From positions 5,086,001-5,150,000 of the forward strand of contig CM052816.1 in NCBI GenBank assembly GCA_028534125.1: DNA of 64,000 nucleotides, given 5' to 3'. The notes under the pieces are model-generated. The model worked only from the letters and a program-made list of their open reading frames with translations. It did no database searches and was not told the DNA's origin. The translations under genes and the position numbers were made by a program. Every line of letters begins with the position of its first letter. Positions within the stretch are counted from its first letter, which is position 1. Positions 1-12,537 of the stretch are shown here, in pieces. Source of the stretch: Lama glama (Eukaryota).

Positions 1-3000
1 GAAATAAATGTGTTAAATGAATGATTTTCACTTTGGTGGCAGCCAAGTTAGTTCCTTTCAGACAAACAAACGCCAGACTCAAACCCCGTCCTTCTCTCAG
101 GTAAGCCTGAGGACTCTGAATACTCAAGACCATCTCTTGAGATGGATCGGCTTTCCCATCTACTGAACTGGTTGATACTTGGGCTCTGGCCTCCACCAGT
201 GCTAGGTTCTATATCTCAGGGCCAGAAGGAGGTTCTCAGCAACTACTCAATCTAACTCGGCACAGGACGTCTAAACCTTCTTAACAACGTTCCTGTCAAG
301 GGATGGGCTACCACTGTTTGCATACTGCTGGGGGCACTCACAACCTTCTAAGGCAGCTCACCTCAGCCCAGAAGTCTAGGGCAGAATCTCATAGCTTCAG
401 CCAAGCTCTTGGGGATGACACTAAAGCTGGACCAAACAGGTGGGGAAAAGCAATTCCCATTAGATGAAATCTCTCTCAACAAACAGCAGTTAGCTCTCAA
501 GACAGCTGTCTACTGCTGCTGTGGGGCCTCAGGCCACAATGCCCAGTGGTGTCCGGTCTCCCCATCACATCCACTCTCCCTCAAAGAGGTGGGTAAGGAG
601 ACCCCCTTCAGGGACTGCAGTTCCTGCCCTGGGCCTTAAAGTCTTCCCCACCCTCTCCTCTCAAACACTTCTTGAAGAAGACTGCTCCACAGCTTATGGG
701 CTGGACAGACTGCTGTCCTCTCTTCTTTGTATGATACAACATACAAAGCCTGGGCCCACAGGCCTCATGCAGGCATCCTCATCTAAAAGGAGCTAGATCT
801 TGCTCTCAGGGAACCTAGATCCTGCCACTGGACAACAGTCATAAACAGAGGCTCACTGTGACCAGGTCTTCTCATTTTTTCCCATAACAGCTTTATTGAT
901 AAAATTCACATACCATGTTATTCACCAACTTACAGTATACAATTCAATTTTTTTGTGTGTGGTAAATTCAGAGTCTGACTTCTAAAAGAAAAGTTGTAAA
1001 TCTCCAGGTTTCCAAATACATCTTGATTTTAAAACATGGACGATTATTTTATATTGTTTTTAAATGTAAGGCCAATCAAACCTTGTCTGTAGGCTGGACT
1101 GGACTTCAGGAGGTGAGGGGAGTATATGCCCATTTGTAATTTCTGTCTTTCAGGATAAAAGCCCCATCATGGCAGCAATGTCTTGTTTACTCCTGAATTC
1201 TGAGGCCTGACACCTAACAAGTACTCAAAAATTTTGGAACGAACAAATCTAGGAAAGTACTCTGTACAACTTCACCACTGCAGAGCCCTACAGCAAATCG
1301 CCATGCAAACTTTTCAAATACTATCACCATGTCAAGGAACTCAGTACCTGCTGCGGCAGCTGAATCCATTTGGGAGCACTGCTGGAAGTTTCTACTTGAC
1401 CAGAGCCAAAACCTACTGACCCCGCACCTCCCACTTGTCATCAGCGCTTTACCCATAAGGCCACATGAAGCAGGTCTATTCGAACACTGTAATTCAGAAC
1501 AACTGGCATTCCCACCCTCCCTAAACTTTGATTCTCTGAGGAAAATAATTCTAGTTTCTTCAATCATTCCCTCCTCACAGTAAGGTCTATGTGTCCCAGT
1601 GAGCTGCTGCCTCTGTTTATTTCCTGGTTTCCTGTCTGCCTCCCACATTCCCTTGAAGCAGCATCCAGCCTCCTACACCCAACCTGGTTCTCACCATGTC
1701 CAAACCCCACCCATTACACTCATCTCCACTCTGGGCAAAACCCAAACCATCCATGCAACTGGTCTCTCTTCCTCATATCGCTGTAAATATGTATACAGAA
1801 CAGGAAAAGCAGAGACCTCCACTCCCCCAAACAAACCCAAAGCTGCAGAAAGAAACCGAAGTCAGGGCAGGAGAGTTTCACTACAGAACACCTGAGCCCG
1901 TCTCTCACTAACATCCTACCACTAAGGTATTCTCAAGTGCCACAATGTGTGCTTCTCATAGCAGGATTAGAGCCCCCAGTAATCCTTAAATTCCCTTCCA
2001 CTATGGAGTTGCATGACAGCCTAGGGCAGGGTCTGAAGAGTTGGCTCTAAGTGGCATGAGCTGCCTTCCTGTGTATGCTCAGGACTAAACAGCAGGGATC
2101 AAGGAGTAGAGAGGACCCAGGAAGAGAGGAAGCCTGGCTTCAGCACTTGACTTCTGTTAGCAAATTGAAGACCTGGGTCTAATTCAAAAGTCCTCAAAAG
2201 AGGAACCATCAATACTCATGATTATCACTTACCAGCCAGGCTCCGGCTGAGCGCTCACATTCAGTGATCCCAGTACGTGAATACTCCAGATATAACTCCA
2301 TTTACTGAAGCCCAGAAATTACCAATCTACCAAGGGCATTCACTTGGTAGGTGGCTTGGCCAACTCAAACTGGATGACTAACTCCAAAGTTCACGGTCAA
2401 CCACCCCAGGCTACTTAATCCTCCAAAGGTGGAGTGAAAACAACCAGAGTGGGAGCCAAGAGATTTGAGTTCAAATCTCAGTGGAGGTGGGTGGCTTCTG
2501 ATGGGTAGGAAACCTTGTGCACACAGCTATCTGTGGAAAAGCCCAAAGAGGCGAGCTGCAGAGAGGCTGGTGGCAGGCAGCCTAGCTATAGACCTAGGAA
2601 GTCCTGTCGCATGGGGCTTCCCCTGGTGGAGGTGGGGATTCCCACCTGGAAGCCTGTCCCCTTGCCACTACTTTCAGGGCCACCACCTCCTCTTCCCGCC
2701 TAGATGCAGCAGTGGTGGCAGGCGAGGAGCGGATCTCCACTTGAGCGTGAACTCAGCCTTGGCCAGTCCATCAGCAACTGTGCTTCTTCCAGCAACTGAA
2801 ATGCATTCCAGCTAATGTGGCCTTCTGAAAGGTCAGAGAAATCCCATAAACTGGAGCTGGTCCCCAACCCTGAGGGACGACAGCTGATTACTGCCCTAGA
2901 CCTATACTTCAGAAATGACTTGGAATTCTGCTCCCTTTTGTAATCTGGGAACCCTGCCCCAAAGGATCAGACAGGACACCCCAAATCATCTATTTTCAAC

Positions 3001-3429
3001 CTGAGAGGTTCTGCCATGTGCCCAAAGCAACCTTTTAAAAGTAAAACCAGACCATGTCCTTCCGTACTTAAAATCTTCAAAGGCTCTCCACTGCCTTCCT
3101 GTTAAAATCAGAATTTACCTTTCCAGTCATCTATACTACAGCCACAGAGAATTACTCACTTTCCTGAACCTCAGGGCCTTTCATCAGCCAAGAACGAGCT
3201 CTCTTCCCAGGCTTTGCTCAGATAACTCCTACCCATCTTTTCTATTTCAGTTTAGGCATTGCTTCCACCAGAGAGACTTCTCTGACCTAGACTGAACTGG
3301 GTGCTCCCTGCCTAAAGAATTCTGCAGCTTTCCTCCACTCTGCATTCTGAGTGTGTGTGCTCTTTGCCAACGGAGATTTTTATCATTCACTGTGGTATCC
3401 TCTATGACAGACAAAATGTGAATGATGCT

Positions 3430-4180
3430 GTTAAAAGTATGAGATTCATCCATTCATTCATTAATTGAATGTTCACTTAACTGCTTACTATATGGCAGGC
3501 ATGTTTAGGTGCTGGGGATAAAGCAGTGGTCAAATACCAAAGACTATCTGAACCAATGGTGATAAAAGCTAAGGAGAAAAATAAAGTAGGGTAAGAGAGA
3601 CAGGGATACAGAGTACAGGGTATAGGCTTGCTATTTTATATAGGGTGGTCTGGGGAGGCCCCTCCATCTCAGTGATATCTGAGAAGGGACACGAAGAAAG
3701 TGAGGGTGAGGGTGTGGGCTGTGCGACTTCCTGGAGGAAGAGCATCGCAGAACAAAAGCCCTGAAGCAGGAAAGTGCATAACATGCTCCAGGAAAACAAG
3801 GACCAATGCTGTTGAAAGAGAAAAGTGGTGAAAGATGAAGTTAGAATTCAGGGTTGGGGCAGGGGAGGTCTGGGGAGCCAGATAAAGAGGAACCTCCAAG
3901 GACTACGGATTCACCCACAAGGATTTAGGGCTATACGGAACCACGAGGGGATTCTGAGCAGGAGTGTTAGGAGACCAGTCCAGAGGCTACTGCAACCATC
4001 CAGGTGAGAATCAACAGTGTGTGGACCAAGCTGGCAGCCAAGTAAGTTGTAAGAAGTATCTAGCTTTCATCGCAGTTTTTAGGAGCCAAAAGGATGTACT
4101 GGTAAATCAGACATGAGGTGACAGAGAAATAGAGGTGGAAAGGATGACCCCAAAGTTTTTTGGTATGAGCAATGAGAAGG
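3430..4180 (-). mobile_element. L2 LINE fragment
   Basis: cattcattcattaattgaat...tgctggggataaagcagtg...gaggctactgcaaccatccaggtgaga, typical of decayed L2. Confidence 0.65.
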
Positions 4181-4869
4181 ACACAGCTGCTTATTAACCT
4201 GTCCTGTGTTTCACTTTCCTCATCTGTGAATCGGGGATAAAAAGAGCGCCTGCTTAGCAGATTACATGGGATAATTGCAGTATCACTATTACTCATCTTG
4301 GGGTCATCAGGAGCTTCAATAAGCTAGTGGATGTGGAAAGGAGAGCAAAAACCACAGATCCCAGGTGGACCATGCATCTAGACGGCTCCCGGCAACTGTG
4401 GGACTTTAGTTCCTCTGAGAAGCTTGCAACTTCATGTTTAAAGCAGGGAAGAGAAAAGGCTACCCTGAGTTGCTGGAATGTGAGTCCAGAGGGGAAGGTG
4501 GTTACCCCAACATTTGGAAGGTTGTTACAAAGCACCCTGTTCACAAGGCCTCTGATGAAGGGGTCATCTGAAAGTGAGATGGTGATGCCCCTCGCCACAT
4601 GTCGGGTTCATCTGGCCAGCTTTACAAAATTCACCATAAAAGCCCACACTCCTCACCCCCAACAAGGGCTTTGCCAGTCCAAAGGTGCAGCCACAGGGAA
4701 GGTGCCACGTCAAGACGGTCCCTCTCATTCTCCATAGGCTATCTGTCGTGAGAAATTGGCCAGTTGGCCCTGGCAACTATTAAAAATAGTGCTACCTGAA
4801 AATTAACCTAACTCATGATAAGCCAGCCTCACTTAGGATAGGCATGGTAATTACCTCAAACTACATATA

Positions 4870-5098
4870 CAGCTGACCCGTGAACAACTCAGGGGAGTTA
4901 GGGGCACTGAATCTGGGCTCAGTCAAAAATCCACGTGTAACTTTACAGACTGCCCTCCGTATCTGCTGCTCCTTCACATCTGCAGTTCTGTATGAGCATG
5001 GACTCAATACAGCAGTGTAGTAGTTTAGAATTTATTGAAAAAAAATCTGTATAAATGGACTTGTGCAGTTCAACCCCATATTGTCCAAGGGTCAACTG
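4870..5098 (+). mobile_element. MER8/Tigger-type non-autonomous Tc1/mariner element
   Basis: Terminal inverted repeats CAGCTGACCCGTGAACAA...TTGTCCAAGGGTCAACTG flanked by TA on both sides. Confidence 0.8.
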
Positions 5099-5154
5099 TA
5101 CCTGGCTTTGGAATGGATCTTCTGGAATCTAAACCACTTACATTTGTGTGGGAA

Positions 5155-5747
5155 TTTTTTTTAATTGAAGTAGTCAGTTAGAATATGTCAATTTCTGCTG
5201 TACAGCATAGCCAGTCACACATATACATATATTCATTTTCATATTTTTTCATTATAGACTACTACAAGATACTGAATATAGTTCCCTGTGCCATATAGAA
5301 GAAATTTGTTTTTTTAATCTATTTTATATATAGTAGTTAATATTAGCACTTCTTGAACCCCCAATTTATCCCTTCCCACTCCTTTCCCCTGGTAATCATA
5401 GGTTTGTTTACTATGTCTGTGAGTCTGTTTCTGTTTTGTAGGTAAGTTCATTAGGGTCTTTTTATTTTTTTTAAGATTCCACAAGAGTGATATTTTTCTT
5501 TCTCTTTCTGGCTGACTTCACTTAGAATGATGATCTCCAGATACATTCACAACGCTGCAAATGGCATTAGTTTATTCTTTTTTATGGCCGAGTAGTATTC
5601 CAATGTATAAATATACCAGCTTCTTTATCTAATCATCTGTCAGTGGACATTGACGTTGTTTTCCTGTCTTGACTATTGTATACAACGCTGCTATGAACAC
5701 TGAGGCATGTGTATCTTTTCAAATTAGAGTTCCCTCCAGATACATGC
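5155..5747 (-). mobile_element. Young LINE-1 3' fragment
   Basis: Reverse complement of the same 3'UTR/ORF2 end as 33877-34670; approximate TSD tgtgggaatttt / tgtgggacatttt. Confidence 0.88.
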
Positions 5748-6802
5748 TATGTGGGACATTTTAAGTCATGAAATGGGCTATTCCATAACTCAGTATCAAT
5801 TTGATTCCCAAAACAATCTCAGTACAGGGGTTAGTCCCATTCTGTAAACAAGAAAAACAGCATGTTCTGATTTAAACCTCATCACCTAGCTCATTGCTCC
5901 TTGACCCTGCTGTTTACTTATTTTCTTTCATGAACCCCTAGCAAGGTAAGGCCATCCTCTCTCCTGGCCACTCCCTTAGATCACTCCAGACCAGCCAGAG
6001 AGGTCTGTGAGCCCTCTGGAGGCCCCAACACCCTAATTACCCGCTTTGAGGTTGTCTTGGATTTTGCAAACAGGGGCACTCCCATCTGCCGACCTCTCCA
6101 TTTTAAAGGTTTTTGTGGTTTAAAGCCAGCTCCTCCTCCTCTCTCTACCCTCCTCCCAAAGGGAGGGAAAGAGTGCTGAGTAACATCTCTGAAATGCTTA
6201 CTCTAGCCTAGGTTCCATTGCAGACAGGGGGTGGGTCAGCCAAGAGACTCCGCCCCTCCGGAGGTTCAGGGATCTAGACTGCTGAGAGTACTCCCAAGCC
6301 AAGGGCCCAGAACCACCTTTGAAGCACCTCTCCTTCCAGGCAGACACTCATTTCCCAGTTAGTGTAAAACTTAGACTGCCTGCCCAGAAGAGGGGGACAG
6401 GCAACTGAAGGTTCCTGGGGAAGGTCTCTTCCCCTTCTCTCCTTCAGAGGGTGTCCTGATTGTGTTCTTTCTTTATAAAAGAAAGTTACTTGAATACAGA
6501 AAAAGAGCTTTAGGCCCTCATTTATGGAGGCCAACCTAGCAGTTCTTTGCCGGAGGTGCACAACATAACCAGTTATGTCGTTTAAAACAAACAAACCAAA
6601 CAACCATAATGCCATTAGCAACCCTGAAAAGTAACTCCTTAATATAATCTAAAATGATCAGATATCCTCAATTGTCACCAAAATTTCTTCTTACAGCCTA
6701 TTTGTTTGCATCAGGATTCAAACGAGATGTATGTACATAATGCATTTGATTGATATCTCAACTCTTCATCTATGATAGTTTCCTCTTTTAAAAATGCCCT
6801 TT

Positions 6803-7080
6803 ATTTAAGTGTAGTTGATGTACAATATTATATAAGTTACAGGTGTACAACATAGTGATTTCACAATTTTTAAAGGTTGTATTTCCACATATAGTTATTA
6901 CAAAATATTGGCTATTGTCCCTGTGTTATACAATATACACAGCTTATTTTCTACATAGCTCATACCTCTTAATCCTATACAGCCCTTCCCCTTCCCTCTC
7001 CCTAGTGATAACTTCTAGTTTGTTCTCTGTATCTGTGAGTTTATTTCTTTTTTGCTATATCCACTAGTTTGCTGTATTTT
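6803..7080 (-). mobile_element. LINE-1 3'UTR fragment
   Basis: tttaagtgtagttgatgtacaatattatataagttacaggtgtacaacatagtgatt..., reverse of the L1 tail seen at 30636-30900. Confidence 0.75.
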
Positions 7081-7446
7081 TAAAAAATGCCACTTATTTA
7101 TTGATACAATAACTTGTCCTGTAGAATTTCTCATATTCAGAAATCGGTTAACTGCTACCTCACAGTCAATCAATGTGTCCCTCTATCCTCACAGATCTAT
7201 GGTTCTATTAGTTATGGGTTCAATCTTTATTTGATGGGGGGAAATTTTTGTAGACCGCACTGTGTACTTTTCTATTATCATATTCGTTGTAAGGCACCTA
7301 ATTCCAGGTTGCTACCATGTTGCTCTGATACGCACTCCCAAGCAATTGGCCTAGGCTCCTGAAGCCAGAAGTCTCTCCAGCCCTCATAGAGTTTGGATTC
7401 AAAACTGGAGTTCTTCTTAACATACATGTATAAAAAGCTCTGCTTT

Positions 7447-7527
7447 GTAAAAATTGTGAATCACGATGTTGTACACCTGAAACTTACATAATATTGTAAA
7501 TCAATGACTCCATAATTTAAAAAAAAA
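7447..7527 (+). mobile_element. Very short L1 3' end insertion
   Basis: L1 tail plus poly(A), flanked by aaaagct(c/t)tgcttt direct repeats. Confidence 0.75.
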
Positions 7528-8226
7528 AAAAGCTTTGCTTTGGTTTCTTTTGTAGAGGGGGGGTTTATTGGGAAAATAAGTGTTTTTGATACCACAAAAG
7601 CTTTGAAGACATTTAGACCTCATCCAGTTCCCTCAATTTACAGATGAAGAAACACAGGCACAGAAAAAGTATGAGGGTTGCTAGTGTCCACAATGCTGGA
7701 CACAAGCAGAATCAGAAGTGGAATGAACATTCCTAATAATACTGATCATTTATTATAAATTTTTAAAATAGTAATCATTAAATACTAGCATTTATTAGAA
7801 GCTCTGTACCTGGTATTATCCTAAGGGCTTTATAAACATTACATACTTTGATTCTCACAACCCTATGAAATAGTTACTACCATTATTCTCATTTTGAGGA
7901 TGAAGGAACAATGGCTCAGAGAGGCTAAGTAATTTACCCAAGACTGCACAGCAAGTTAAAAGCAAAGCTAGAACCCTAAATTACAGACTATTTAATTCCA
8001 GGGCAGAGCTCTTACTTCCACCCAGTCCATTTCAAGTGGTGGGGAAGGAAGAAGCCAGGGTATGAAGTAGCTCTGACGCTGAGATCTCCACGCAGTGAAG
8101 ACTGATACCCCATATCCACATTTATCTCCTACCGAGTACAACCTTACAACGGAAGGTGGGGGAGGGGAGTGCCCGGGAAAGGGCCGGAACTCAGGAAGGA
8201 AACTGAGACAGAGAGTGGAGGTTTAC

Positions 8227-8269
8227 CTGGGGCCAGCTCAGTGAGGCAGAAGATCGCTGGGGTTGCCAT
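8227..8269 (-). CDS. Candidate alternative first coding mini-exon of LARP1 (MATPAIFCLTELAP+G, phase 1)
   Basis: ATG GCA ACC CCA GCG ATC TTC TGC CTC ACT GAG CTG GCC CCA G|GTAAAC; 43 nt = 14 codons + 1, the same phase as the main exon 1; non-repetitive context. Confidence 0.45.
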
Positions 8270-9816
8270 GGGTTAGCTGGTATTACATTTTTATTTTATG
8301 CCATCAGTCAGCTGCACTTCAAAGGGACACAGAAAAAAATGATGCCCAGAACATAAATTTTCAAATCTCAGACCCTACCCCTGACTTTCCTTTAAAAAGA
8401 AATGAAGGAAAAGATTACAGTCCTGGTTAGTCTTCTTAGTACACAAAGTTAGAGGTGTCACACAACCAATCGGCTGATTCCCCTCTAGGGTTGGTAGAAG
8501 CTTGTAGGGATGATACATTCTCAAGCACCAACCTACGGCATGTACACTAGCCACAGCCGACGTTTAGTTCAGTTAGACTGGCCTCTCCCCACAGCCCTGA
8601 GAGCACATGTACACTCTGCCAAAAGGTAATCTTTACAAAAGTTAAAATAAATTAAAACTTAATTTTAAACATTCTTCATAACACATTGTGAAGTAAAAAT
8701 AGCTAATTCTTTGAGTCATCAACCCATAATATTATCCATACTATGCCTTTCTTGTCTGTGGATAAGGAAGAGTCCATTTTTAGGGACATAGATCCCATAT
8801 ATTTCATGAAGTATGGATACAATACCAGAAAAGGAAAGTACTGCATTCACCAACCCCCTCATTTTATAGGTGGAGAAAATGAAAACCCAGAAAAAGTCCC
8901 AGAAATTCCCATAGTTTCAGTCTTCCAGACATAGTATAACAGTGAACACATACCAGGCACTGGGCTAAATACTTTACACATATTATCACAGCGAATGCTC
9001 ATTCAGCCCAATGAGGCAGATAAAACATAATTTAATTTCTATTATACAAATGGGGAGGCCAAGGCACAGAATGGTAAAGTATCTTGCCCAAGGAGACAGA
9101 GCTCTACCGCTACCACAGAACTGTGGTGGCAGTACAGCTACCATGCAGTTTTGACCCCAGAACCTCTGCTATATATCATTTGTTCTTTTAACTAAGACAT
9201 CTTGCCTCTCTCATACTTCAGAGTTGTGCCTAGAATAAGGAAACATTTTTAAGCATTTTCAAAATATTCCAGGGGAGGGAAATAAAAAACCAAAATGCAA
9301 TTCCAAGACTTAAAACTACTAAAACACAGAAGCTTAAACCAGAAGAGACCCCCCCACAAGAAAGGGGAGATATCACAAAACATCTTTTATTACTATTTAC
9401 TGCATGTGTCCCTTAAAGAACTAAAATACTGGCATCTGAGCCAAAAGGAGAGCTAAAAATAGGCATCTGGCAAGCTTTGGAAAGCTTTTAGCTTGCTTAT
9501 GAGGCACCAAAAACATATGCATCACAGAACACAAAATTTCCCAAGACCACACTGCCACTCCATTGGTGTCACATTTAAACTTGTCCAAGCTGCAAATAAA
9601 ATCAGGGCTGGAAAAGGGCCTTAGCGATCCATGCATTTCAAAAGAAAGGGCCACCATCTAACCTGACCACACAATTCTCTCGCAAAACCATCCAAGCCCT
9701 AACAACAGGCTTAAACAGGGAAGCTACTGGATCAATTCAGAGCTCTGTCAAAGACTTGTAAATGTTCAAAACCAGTGAGTAGACAAGACATTTTCTTGCC
9801 CTAAGATTCCAGAAAA

Positions 9817-9977
9817 GGTGGGAGGCTATAGCTCAAGCAGTAGAGCACATGCTTAGCATGAACAAGGTCCTGGGTTCAATCCCCAGCACCTCCTCTAAAA
9901 ATAAAGAAACCTAATTACCTCCTCCCCACAAAAAAGATAATTAACACAACTATAAATAAATAGAATAAAGAAAAAAA
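9817..9977 (+). mobile_element. Vic-1-type tRNA-derived SINE (camelid)
   Basis: tRNA-like head (TATAGCTCAAGCAGTAGAGC...GGTTCAATCCC), A-rich tail and a perfect 14-bp TSD AAGATTCCAGAAAA (9803-9816 / 9978-9991). Confidence 0.9.
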
Positions 9978-11542
9978 AAGATTCCAGAAAAACAAGGACA
10001 GAGTAAGTCTACCCGGTTTAGTCCTGCTTTGGGCACTTAAAGCAAGTTGGCTTATTCTACTCAGAAGTAAAGGCCAGATGCCAGCCAAGCTGTCTTCTTC
10101 CCACGATCAATAACCCCAGTGACGCACCCTATCAAGGGCCCCTGGATTTGCACAAAATGCCAGCTCAGGCACCCAATACTACCTGATGTCATGGCTGATT
10201 TAAAACCCACAAGGCAGGTTCACCATTAGCTAAGCAGCAGCAGCAGCTAGGGTGAGTAGCCCCATTTAAACTTCTGAGGAGTGTTCTCTCCTGGGGATGA
10301 TTATACCCCTTAGAGTTTAAAGAGGGGGGTAGGACCAAAGAGTGTCTTAAAGTTGCTTTCCCTCCCTCTGTGGGTGGATCAGGAGGGATTTGCAAGAAAA
10401 TGGAGGTTTCAGCACTGCCCTTTGCATAAGAGGGTTCTGGAAGGAAAAGGGGGGAAGGGGAGGAGGGCAAAAGGAAGAGAATATGGTTTGAGGTACTATT
10501 AGTAAACCCCAAATGTCCCCTCCTACAAATGAAGCAACCTTAAAAGAAATAAAAATTACAACACGCCATTTTCAGAATTGGCTCTTTCCCTAGGACTACG
10601 AGTGATTCTATTCTTTTGCATGTGAAAGCATTAAGCTCCCCTTTCAACTTTCCCCATTTTGATGGTTTAAGCCAGTCAGCTTCAATCAGCGACTACAGAA
10701 GGGGAGGAGTTTTGAAAATGCACTAGGGCTATAACCAAAGGCCATCATTCTAGCTCCAAGCGCGTTTATTAGTACCGGTCCACTACAATAGGGCCAAAGA
10801 ATCGAGCCCCACGGTATCTCTACATGCCTGCAAAGGGAGGAGCGCCGGCGCAATTCCCACCAAAGCCGACGATCTGTTCTCGGTAAAGGGAGGCCGAGCC
10901 AGGGGCTCCATCTTCTGCACCGCCGCTCTCTCCACAATGACACGGCTCTGCTGGGATTTCCTGCACGCCCACCTCCCCCAAGGGGCCAGGTCGAAATGGA
11001 CCCAAAAGCCGAACAGGGAGAAGGAGGGCGCGGGGCGCGTCGGTCGGCGGTCACATGTCGCTCCCCGCGAGGGGAGGCACCACGTTGTCCCGGCTGCGGA
11101 GGAATGCCGGGAAGGGGGGACGCGCACTCACACCGGCGCGCACACACACACTCCCGGCCGCGCCGCCCGCCCGCACCCGCCTTCCACCCCTAGGGCCGCG
11201 GCGGGCGCCGAACGCCGAGGCCGAGTGGCCACGAGCGCCCGCGGGCCGGCGGAGCTGCGCATGGCACCCAACTGTCACCCGCCCGCCGGGCCCGGCCACT
11301 CCCTCCCCCGCCGCCACACGCCCCTCGCGTCGCCGCATGCCCCCTTAATCGCCTCACATTTTCCGCCAACCCCTTCACTGGATCCCCCACACACTCGCCA
11401 TCCGGCTCCCTCTCAAGGCGGAAGGTCCCCAGGATCAGGGAGGGAAAGCACCGAATTCAATGACACGTTGGGTTTCCTCTTCTCTCCATTCTCCCCGTAA
11501 CCGACCCCTCAACCCGTCGCCAATGGTGATTCTACCGCTTAC

Positions 11543-11633
11543 CACCACCTACTCGGGAACAAAACTTGTTAAGTTTTAAAACCTGAATCTGTGCCGTCAG
11601 TATGAACTCATCGCCGGGCGCTTTGCTGCCCAT
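11543..11633 (-). CDS. Candidate alternative first coding exon of LARP1 (MGSKAPGDEFILTAQIQVLKLNKFCSRVGG+G, phase 1)
   Basis: Strong Kozak context GTCATGG, 30 open codons + 1 nt, donor GTG|GTAAGC; inside the CpG island. Confidence 0.4.
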
Positions 11634-12089
11634 GACATATGCTCATTAAACATTTACAACATGGGGACGATCACAACGCTACCAAAACGGGGAGCATGAG
11701 GCGGGATGGTAGGGGGCTTCCCGAAGAAGGTTCAAGCTAGAAACCGTCTCTTACACCAACACGCGGTAAGGGGAGAGGGCCCTTTTCACCGAAACCAGCG
11801 CCCACCCTCTCCCAGCGAGGTAGGCCCGGACCACGCCGTTGCCCACTAACCGCTGCGGCCCAGGCAGTAGCCGTGGCCTCCTGGCGACCAGGTCCTCCGG
11901 CAGGGACAGGTTCCCGAGTGCGTCGGGGGGCAGGGCACGGCGACCCGAATTAGGAGGCAAAAAAAAAAAAAAATCCCGAGTCACCACGACCAGCGGCGGA
12001 CCCCTGGGCTCTGGAGGCCGCTGGGGGAGGGGACGCCTATGTCCCCGGAAAAGGTCCCCGAACCCAGGATATCAAGCAGAGAGACCCAC

Positions 12090-12537
12090 CTGGAGGAGAC
12101 TGTCCGTTCACGGTGGCCAGGACGGGCGGGAGGGCGTTCTTAGTCCACGGGTTCACCTTGGGCGGAGGGGCCTCCACGAAGTCTCGGCGCCCGGCGCCCG
12201 CGGCTCCTCCGCCACCGCCCGGCTCGCCGCCGCCGCCGCCGCCCTCCTCTCCGTCGCTGACGGCCAGGCCCTCGGCGCCGGGCGGCTGCGGCGGCGGCCG
12301 AGGGCTCTCGCGCTCCAGCTGCCCGGTGCCCTCCTTGTGTGTCTTGGCGCAGGACAGCCGAGGTCTCCGGGCGCCGCCGTCCTGCTCCCCCCCTCCGACG
12401 TCGTTCGCCCCGGGCTCGCCCTTGCCCTCAGGCGGCGGCGGCGGCGGCGGCGGCTTCTTCCTCACCAGCCCCCCGTGCTCTTCGGCCTGCAAGAGCGGAG
12501 CGCCCCCGGGCAGCAGCGGCTCCACCTGAGTGGCCAT
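12090..12537 (-). CDS. LARP1: La-related protein 1, main first coding exon (long ~1096-aa-type isoform); 149 codons + 1 nt, phase 1
   Basis: Translates as MATQVEPLLPGGAPLLQAEEHGGLVRKKPPPPPPPPEGKGEPG...RRDFVEAPPPKVNPWTKNALPPVLATVNGQSPP, which I recognise as the LARP1 N-terminus. ATG at 12537; donor CCAG|GTGGGT at 12090/12089. Confidence 0.96.

Larger units (their letters stand above)
1..12089 (-). other. LARP1: LARP1 intron 1 (partial; exon 2 lies beyond position 1)
   Basis: Begins at the GT donor at 12089. I saw no peptide matching the expected exon 2 (E)HSAPAKVVRAA in 1-12089. Repeat-rich. Confidence 0.85.

Noticed and set aside
6202..6218. GCAATGG...AGA|GTAAGC mini-exon candidate
   Set aside because: 17 nt, phase 2, so out of frame with LARP1 exon 2; no other support.
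10783..10911. Strong-Kozak ATG (AAGATGG, MEPLARPPFTENRSS...) in the CpG island
   Set aside because: No convincing phase-1 GT donor before the stop; the best donor-like sites are phase 0 or weak. It could still be a promoter or UTR element.
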